Below are positions 1 to 6,509 of a stretch of 12,236 nucleotides of DNA, piece after piece. The stretch comes from Amoeboradix gromovi X-113 (Eukaryota > Fungi > Sanchytriomycota), in NCBI GenBank assembly GCA_018985225.1, contig JADGIF010000267.1, positions 1 to 12,236 of the forward strand, written 5' to 3'. The notes beneath the pieces were generated by a model. That model did no database searches, was not told where the DNA came from, and saw only the letters and a program-made list of their open reading frames with translations. Every line of letters begins with the position of its first letter. Within the stretch, counting starts at the first letter, position 1. The position numbers were made by a program, and so were the translations under genes.

Positions 1-264
1 GCCTCAGGGTAGTGCAAGCATGAATAATCACTGTAACGGAGCATCTAGCATTGCTAGTTTCTCTGTGGAAATTCTCGATTTTCTCGGAAATCTGGACTTT
101 TAATGAGAGGAGGAGTTGTATATATGAGAATAACGAACTAGCAATACCATCCTCAGATGCCAACTATGAATAACTCCGTTCCACTTTTTCGGTCTTATGA
201 TAATTTACTTTCGTTTGTGATACCTCTTTCATTTTCGCAATCGTTTTGCATTTCGAAACATTTA

Positions 265-1119
265 ATGGAAGCATCTGCGCTAGGCTTTGGTACATACCAG
301 TTAAGAGGTCTAACGTGCTCAAACGCTGTTAAAACAGCTATAGAAACAGGATATACATTAATTGATACGGCTACAGTTTACAAGAATGAAGAGCAAGTGG
401 GACAAGCATTGAAAGACTTGGGAACTCCAAGAAATAATATATTCATCACTTCCAAGCTCTCACCATACGATCAGGGATATGACAATTGTATTAAAGCGGT
501 CGAATTATCATTGAACAAGTTACAACTAAATGTCATTGACCTGTACTTAATACATTGGCCGGGTGCGTCTAAAATCGAGCCATCAAGCGAAAAGAATTTT
601 AAACTTAGAAATGAGAGTTACAAAGCATTAGAGCAATCCGTGAACGACAAGAAATTGAGATATATAGGTATTTCGAACTACACAAAAGCGCATTTAGTTC
701 AATTACTGGAGTCTTGTGACATAAAGCCCTATCTAATTCAGAACGAGTGTCATCCATTATACTACGATCAAGAATTAATTGATTTTTGCAAAGAGAACAA
801 AATCCTCTTCCAGGCATACAGTAGTTTAGGCGGAAGTGGAAATATTAATTTGGTTGACAACTTTAGTGACTATTACCTGGGAGAACATTTAGAATCAATA
901 ACTAAGCACTACTCTAAAACACTATCGCAGGTGCTACTTAAATGGGCAATGCAAAAGGGCTTGCTGGTAATCCCAAAAGCAAGCAGTAGGGAACACATTG
1001 AAGAAAATTTCGATATGAATTTCAATTTAAGCGATAAGGAGATGTCGAGAATTGACAAATTAAAGAATACAGAATTTGGCTCTCATAAATTTAGCTGGGA
1101 TCCTACTGTCATTAAGTAA
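265..1119 (+). CDS. Aldo-keto reductase (AKR superfamily)
   Basis: Motifs LGFGTYQL, IDTATVYKNE (catalytic Asp/Tyr), FITSKL (Lys), DLYLIHWP (His), IGISNY, IQNECHP and VIPKAS are present. The ORF opens at 157, but AKR similarity begins at Met37 (ATG at 265), the likelier start. AATAAA follows the stop directly. Confidence 0.95.
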   Translation: MEASALGFGTYQLRGLTCSNAVKTAIETGYTLIDTATVYKNEEQVGQALKDLGTPRNNIFITSKLSPYDQGYDNCIKAVELSLNKLQLNVIDLYLIHWPGASKIEPSSEKNFKLRNESYKALEQSVNDKKLRYIGISNYTKAHLVQLLESCDIKPYLIQNECHPLYYDQELIDFCKENKILFQAYSSLGGSGNINLVDNFSDYYLGEHLESITKHYSKTLSQVLLKWAMQKGLLVIPKASSREHIEENFDMNFNLSDKEMSRIDKLKNTEFGSHKFSWDPTVIK

Positions 1120-1932
1120 AATAAATACATTTCTTGAATGTTTATATTGCGCAGCTACAAAAAAATTAGTTAGCCCAGTTTTTAAATAAGTACCATAAAT
1201 TCATCTATTATTACGCAGATTTATTCGATTATTTGTTGAGACAACTTGCGGCCTAATCGATGGATCCTATCTCTGTAGGGAACTATTAGCTTGAGATGCT
1301 TCTCGACATGATTCGTTGGTTAGTTTGACATTAAGAAAACCTCAAAAGTATGTAGCAATTTCGGTGCTTGAGAAGTCCTTAAACACAGCACTGATCCGAC
1401 ATTCAAAAGTCTCATAAGAAAGCGGATCTCTTTTGAGGAAAGATAAAGTAATTTTTCTATGTATTTTAGGTCTTATAGGAGCCACTTTCATGGTGTTAAG
1501 AGATATCGGATGGTCCTGAGGTAGGTTTTATTTGTATCTGCCAGTGACCTTATTAGATTTGATGTGTTAAGGATGAGATGATTCAGACCCATCTCAATTA
1601 ATGAAAAGAGAGAATAACAAGTTCTTATACCATATGTATCATCTGTAAACGACTATTGCTGCAATAAAGTCACGTAATCGCTATAAATAGTTTATTGAAT
1701 TGAAGTAGAAAGACACCATGTGGCAGTAAGGAATATGTTCTTGAAATACATAGACTGCCATGCTATCTCGCCTCATCTAGGTGGAAAGCGTGAGTAGCCG
1801 TCGTAAAGGATAGACTAGTTCTATCTTTTTTTGTGAAAACTCTTGGTTTTCTAGCAAACCTCAAGATTTTTGAAGAGGAGCAAACGAGAAGGGTTAAAAT
1901 CAAGTCTTTTTTAAAACCCTGGGGTTTTATTT

Positions 1933-3261
1933 ATGGAGTCTTTCACACTTTTAGTAGATGAGTCAGTTTTTTTAGATCTCCCTTATGACTTTTTTGACAT
2001 CGTTATTTATAAAAGAGACGAATACATTCTTCACAATGGTGATAAGATACCATTTGAATGGCCTGTTTTAAATACATTTAGATGTCCACGATTTGTTTGT
2101 TCAATTGATCAGCCCCCTCCTATAGTATTTGAGAAATGCAAGCGATGGATATCTTTTGAATTTTCAAAGACACTAATTAGCTACATGTGGAGCAACTATC
2201 CTGTATTTCTGACTGCTTGTTACTCATACTTTAATGACAACATTCCCAATCAAACCTTTCATCAGCACTTTCAGTTTATTACTTCTACATTTCAATGCAA
2301 TGATGTCATTTTAAATGAAATTAATCTGATTAAAGCACTGACTAGTGTATCAGTCACATTGGAGCCTGAGAAATGCTTAAAGAAAGACATCAAAGATTTG
2401 CTATCATGGTTGAATGAAAATGTTAGTAAAGAGTTGTCTGTTCAGGAACCTACTAAAACTGTTGAAAATAAAATACCGTTATCTGAACAACCCTGCAATG
2501 ACACATTCTCTTGGAAGAAGTACCACGGAAAACCCTGCTATGAACGCGTATATGATTACTGTAGGCTAAATAATAAATTGTGTCAGTTTAAATACAAATT
2601 TAATCCAATAACTAAAGAATATCTTTATAAAGTACTAATAGACGGTGTCGGTAGCGATATTAAGAAAACCAAGAGTTCTGCAATCCAAGCAGAAGCTCAA
2701 GACTATTGTGCAAGAAGCATATTAAAAGATCTAATTTTGTCGAGCCCCAATGATTTTGCAGAGAATTCTACAAACTTTGTTGAACAACTAACTAATGTTA
2801 TGAAGCACAAATACAATACAGATTTAGAGTTTAAGTTTATAGATATAGGAAATGGTTTATTTAACATCAAAGCCATTTGCGGTACCAATGAATATCCTAC
2901 CTCTAAAATATACCAGTCAAAGGAATTTGCAATGCAAGACTTGTCTAACGATATTCTGTCTTATATACAGGGATTTGCCAATATCAACATCAAAAGACCT
3001 TTAAGCGATAGATTTTGTGCTAATAAGAATAGAAACAGTAAATATAGATCTAAGTTGAATACATTCCTAGACCAGAGTAACACAAGCTATAACTATGATA
3101 TTATGGAGCACAATGATGGTTCTAAAGTTCTTTACACTGCCATTTTAAGAGTAACATTAAGTGACCAGAATGCTACTTTTGAAGGCGAATTCAGGCATGT
3201 TAGTAAGAACCAGGCAAAAGAAGAAGTGGCACAAGCTGCATACCACAAGATCATGCTTTAA
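1933..3261 (+). CDS. Putative double-stranded RNA-binding protein: three C-terminal dsRBD-like repeats plus an unassigned ~190-aa N-terminal region
   Basis: Three ~70-aa segments with an alpha-beta-beta-beta-alpha pattern: CYERVYDYCRLNN...AEAQDYCARSILKDL (~2527-2736), NFVEQLTNVMKHKY...SKEFAMQDLSNDILSYI (~2773-2970) and YRSKLNTFLDQ...SKNQAKEEVAQAAYHKI (~3040-3258). The third best matches the dsRBD KKxAxxxAAxxA helix. Confidence 0.65.
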   Translation: MESFTLLVDESVFLDLPYDFFDIVIYKRDEYILHNGDKIPFEWPVLNTFRCPRFVCSIDQPPPIVFEKCKRWISFEFSKTLISYMWSNYPVFLTACYSYFNDNIPNQTFHQHFQFITSTFQCNDVILNEINLIKALTSVSVTLEPEKCLKKDIKDLLSWLNENVSKELSVQEPTKTVENKIPLSEQPCNDTFSWKKYHGKPCYERVYDYCRLNNKLCQFKYKFNPITKEYLYKVLIDGVGSDIKKTKSSAIQAEAQDYCARSILKDLILSSPNDFAENSTNFVEQLTNVMKHKYNTDLEFKFIDIGNGLFNIKAICGTNEYPTSKIYQSKEFAMQDLSNDILSYIQGFANINIKRPLSDRFCANKNRNSKYRSKLNTFLDQSNTSYNYDIMEHNDGSKVLYTAILRVTLSDQNATFEGEFRHVSKNQAKEEVAQAAYHKIML

Positions 3262-3464
3262 ATAATAAATTAAAAATATTCTACTAGTTTTACTCCTCAT
3301 TAAAAGACGCGATTTCGTTCCAAGAAATGTATTATATGTGCATGAGCAATTCCTATTTTAATTCCTGATAAATCCTGACTACTAATCATCTTGATTGGTA
3401 TTACGTAGCACGTCCCACGAGAATCATATTTATTGTCTCGATTCTCCGGGGTTATATTGAAACA

Positions 3465-5146
3465 ATGTTGTCAAACGATCCACTTGCTAAAGAATACTCT
3501 CTTTATTTACCACAAGCGCATGTTCGAAGGATTGTTGAAAAAATAGATGACTTGAAATCGAGATTCAGTGGAACATTAAAATTCGTAGATTCCCATCGTC
3601 CTAAAATAGTACTCTCTGGCAACAATAATGAAGAAGAAATCAAATCAATTGCAAATCAAATTAGATCATTAAATGAGTCAACAGAATGTTGCACAAAAGA
3701 ACTCAAAATGGCCAAACAGCATTACTCAACTATTCTAGGACCTTTGGGTAAAACAGTCAGGACTATTTCAATGGAATCCGGTACTGAAATCGAATTTAAG
3801 GAACCTGAATACAATAGTGATGAGTTTACTGTCAGCATCAAATCAAAAAGCGAACCCTGCGTTGTTATGGCTGCTGAGATGATTGAATCTCTTACAGCTC
3901 ACAAGTCTGATCAATTTGATGTTAAGATTGATATGGATATACACAAGGATTGTATTGGGTTTTTAATTGGGTACAAAGGTGCTCGAATTAAGGAACTAAT
4001 CGACAAGTGCGGTACACCAAAACCTAAAGTCATAGTAAATGAACAAATTCCGGGAGATATTAAAAAGGTAGAAATATCAGGAGTTCAATCTGCCGTTGAC
4101 TTAGCTGTCCAATTAGTTCAACAGGTTATAGATGGTTTAATTGAGCATAACAACAATAAAAGGTTTTTGAAGCAGAGCCAGTCTAAGCATCATGTTCCAG
4201 TGACTAACGACGAAGTAACTCGCAAGATTTATGTAAATGATACTCATGTGGGTGCCATTATTGGCGTTCAAGGTAGAACTGTTCAATCTATCACTCATAA
4301 AAGTCAATGTGTCATAAACATTGACCAGCAACCTGGTAGGGATAAACAAATAGTTAATATCACTGGCCCTGTCAATGCTATAGACTATGCTAAAGAGCTA
4401 ATCAATGATGCCATTACAGTGTTTGAAGAATGCTCTAAGGATCCAGATCGATCCTACCAACCGCGTTTAGATTCCAGGGTCGATAGGTATCCTCCTCCCA
4501 ACGATAGATTCAATTACAATAACGCTTATAACAATACTCAGTTAGATAGATTCAGACCAAATAACAATAATAATAGCAAACGACCATTTCCTGTAGACGA
4601 TTTTAAATATAAGAAACAGGCGGATAATGAAACAGTATTTATTTATTAATATAGTACAAGATTGAACATATTATCAATGAACAAGATAGCGCATTAATAT
4701 TGGGTAAAAATGGTAAAACATTGGACTACTTAATTACAGAGTCAGGATGTGATGTAGCATTAAGACCAGTCATAAATGGCAGTAGAATAGTAGTTATTAT
4801 AGGTACTAGGAGTAAATGCCAAGTAGCCAAAGCCATGTTGATGGACATATTGCAAGGGCCACCTCCAATTAGAAGAAATAACAAACCCCATTCATCACCT
4901 AAGCAACATAATATTCCAACTAGTTACACTATTCCAACCAGCAAAGTGGGACATGTCATTGGTAAAAAAGGAGCTACAATTAAAGAAATCAAATCATTGA
5001 GCAACTGTCAAATATCATTGACACAGCAGGTTGAGGATGCTAGCTTGTTCACATGCGAGTTAAAGGGCACTAGTCAACAAATTAAATATGCGAATGACTT
5101 GATTCAACAGGCGTTAACAAAGGCTACTGAATTTGAAAATGAATAA
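3465..5146 (+). CDS. Multi-KH-domain RNA-binding protein, two exons (3465-4634 and 4655-5146), 553 aa
   Basis: Five GxxG KH loops: ILGPLGKTV, LIGYKGARI, IIGVQGRTV, ILGKNGKTL and VIGKKGATI. Removing 4635-4654 joins the two listed ORFs in frame (...DNET|YKIEHIINEQDSALILGKNG...) and restores the start of the fourth KH domain. Confidence 0.88.
4635..4654 (+). other. 20-nt spliceosomal intron (GTATTTATTTATTAATATAG), phase 0
   Basis: GT...TAG ends and an all-AT interior. It contains the in-frame TAA that ends ORF 3465-4649, and excision restores the frame. An alternative in-frame acceptor (AAG, ending 4660) would give 26 nt. Confidence 0.85.
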
Positions 5147-5341
5147 AATTATATTATACTAACTATCACAATACTATCACTAATATACAAATATGCCAAT
5201 ATCAAGATAATGTGCCATTTCTTTCTTTTTTAGCTCTTTAGGACTCAACTTAAGTGTTTTCCAAACGAAGCAGGTGAGTTCGCGAATAGTAAATAATTGA
5301 AGTCTAAGTACTAATTAATGTTGCTCTTTTAATCTCGCAAG

Positions 5342-5349
5342 TATAAATA
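5342..5349 (+). promoter_or_regulatory. TATA-like box (TATAAATA), possibly the pre-insertion UTP14 promoter
   Basis: It would lie 31 nt upstream of the UTP14 ATG in the reconstructed empty allele. This is weak evidence in AT-rich DNA. Confidence 0.3.
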
Positions 5350-5354
5350 TGAAG

Positions 5355-5492
5355 TTTACACCCGTTCAAGATTTGAAATGTCAAAAGGATTTGGCTTTCC
5401 AAACATCTCAAACCTTCAACAGTTGAGGCTTTGCATCCTCTGTAAATCTTGAGTTTGTGATACCGACATAGCACCACTGAAGAAGCTTTAAC
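5355..5492 (-). ncRNA. Predicted Fanzor omegaRNA scaffold
   Basis: It lies between the Fanzor stop and the element end, the expected omegaRNA position. Minus-strand folding by hand gives a hairpin at 5474-5457, a hairpin at 5440-5425, an 18-position stem (5420-5403 with 5381-5364; 15 Watson-Crick, 2 G-U, 1 mismatch) and a closing UUUACA/UGUAAA helix. The 5' boundary is unknown. Confidence 0.65.
5359..5385 (+). repeat. TIR at the end downstream of the Fanzor gene
   Basis: CACCCGTTCAAGATTTGAAATGTCAAA aligns to the reverse complement of 6460-6485 (CACC-GTTGAAGATTGGAAATGTCAAA) with 24 matches, 2 mismatches and 1 gap. The symmetry extends outward through TTA on both sides. Confidence 0.9.
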
Positions 5493-6438
5493 CTAGGGCC
5501 ACTGAGCTCTTTGGAGATATACTGGTCTAGCCAACCAACTAATGGCTCTCTGTGCTACCTTCCAAGTGTTGCGAGCAGCGTTCGCACCTCTGCTCCACAG
5601 TGGGAACACAATGTAGATGATACGTTCGCGCTCTTCTACTGCTTTCATCATATAGAACATGCAGGGTAGGTAGTCCTGTGGTGTGCATTGGGTGTCATAA
5701 TATACGCTCTCTTCTCTCAGCGCTCGCTGCAGCATGGTCTTGACTCTTTCGGCAACTATCCAGGCGTGTTACTGCGCATCTGATGTCTTGGGCTCGCTAA
5801 CACTCAGGATATCGTTCTTCACCTTGCGAAGCTCGCAACACAGAGCATTGGTTTGCTGTTTTTGTGCTCTGATGTGCTTTCACTAGCTTTGACGGCTTCT
5901 ACCTGATCTTTATTGGGATGCACCACGCTTATAAACCGCTCAGCATACTTGCAGAAGTGCTGCTTGATATTGTTCTCACAAGTGGTAATCACGTCAATCA
6001 CCATGTAGTCAAGCACTGTGTGGGGTGGTAGTAGTTCATGGTGTCAATCATGAGAGGTCGGTGGTGCTCTCGGTAGAACTCTTTGAGCTCTTAAGTCTCG
6101 GCCTTTGGAGCCCTGCCGTTTTTCTCTGTTTTCTCGCAAAGTATCTTCATAACAGCGTTCACAATGGTCTTGTCCATGGTAGGTAGAGCATCTCCAGCGT
6201 CAGAGCAGTGGAGCAAGTACAGCCTCAGGATGTGCAAACTGTGGCTCATGATTCTGTTGGTGAGAAGAGCTGCATTGGCAAGCTTCTCAATGACCGCTTC
6301 ATTCTTGACAATGCTCCTGAGGCTAGTCCTGATACACCGAAAGAAGGGCTTATCTTCCATACCATGTGCTTGTAGGAGTGCTGTGATTTTGGAAAATTTA
6401 TTTTGTGCAGATGAATTTGTTGCCATTGTATTTGACAT
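5493..6438 (-). pseudogene. Degenerate, internally deleted Fanzor (TnpB-like RNA-guided nuclease), probably Fanzor1-type
   Basis: Stitched translation: ...FRCIRTSLRSIVKNEAVIEKLANAALLTNRIMSHSLHILRLYLLH...LPTMDKTIVNAVMKILC...KAET*ELKEFYREHHRPLM...(frameshift ~6020)VLDYMVIDVITTCENNIKQHFCKYAERFISV...(frameshift ~5855)NALCCELRKVKNDIL...DAQ*HAWI...YYDTQCTPQDYLPCMFYMMKAVE...IYIVFPL|WSRGANAARNTWKVAQRAISWLARPVYLQR. The N-terminal blocks resemble eukaryotic/giant-virus Fanzor N-termini as I recall them. The tail matches the RuvC-III W/HNRDxNAAxN motif plus the RPxYL tail. In-frame stops lie at 6091-6093 and 5769-5771. The start is uncertain (ATG at 6438, 6426 or 6360). Confidence 0.8.
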
Positions 6439-6478
6439 TTCAGATCTTTTGCCGTCGTATTTGACATTTCCAATCTTC
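6428..6478. repeat. Subterminal direct repeat of the TIR core
   Basis: GTATTTGACATTTC occurs exactly at 6428-6441 and 6457-6470 (29-bp period), each followed two bases later by ATCTT. Confidence 0.85.
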
Positions 6479-6485
6479 AACGGTG
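6460..6485 (-). repeat. TIR at the end upstream of the Fanzor gene
   Basis: TTTGACATTTCCAATCTTCAACGGTG, the inverted partner of 5359-5385, followed by TA. Confidence 0.9.
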
Positions 6486-6509
6486 TAATTCTCCTCGAGA
6501 TAACGGAGA

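Larger units (their letters stand above)
5359..6485 (-). mobile_element. Non-autonomous TIR DNA transposon (1127 bp) carrying a Fanzor-like remnant; TA flanks suggest IS630-Tc1/mariner-type mobilisation
   Basis: Imperfect TIRs at 5359-5385 and 6460-6485, with TA at 5357-5358 and 6486-6487. The interior is GC-richer than the host: hand counts gave 32/60 G+C at both 5521-5580 and 6181-6240, versus 18/60 at 4021-4080 and 21/60 at 7021-7080. No transposase is encoded. Confidence 0.85.

Noticed and set aside
1-165. Minus-strand open frame running off the window start (LASEDGIASSLF...)
   Set aside because: It has no ATG or convincing upstream exon and no recognisable motif, so it cannot be judged from this window.
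157-264. 36-aa N-terminal extension of the AKR ORF
   Set aside because: It shows no AKR similarity and the fold begins right after Met37. A targeting peptide cannot be excluded but is unsupported.
1574-1596. Hairpin TGAGATG-N9-CATCTCA
   Set aside because: It is an isolated 7-bp stem with no snoRNA, snRNA or tRNA motifs nearby.
4700-5146. Separate 148-aa KH gene starting at TTG
   Set aside because: It is better explained as exon 2 of the upstream KH gene.
6428-6485. CRISPR-like array
   Set aside because: There are only two copies with a 29-bp period in a eukaryotic context, and they are explained as subterminal transposon repeats.
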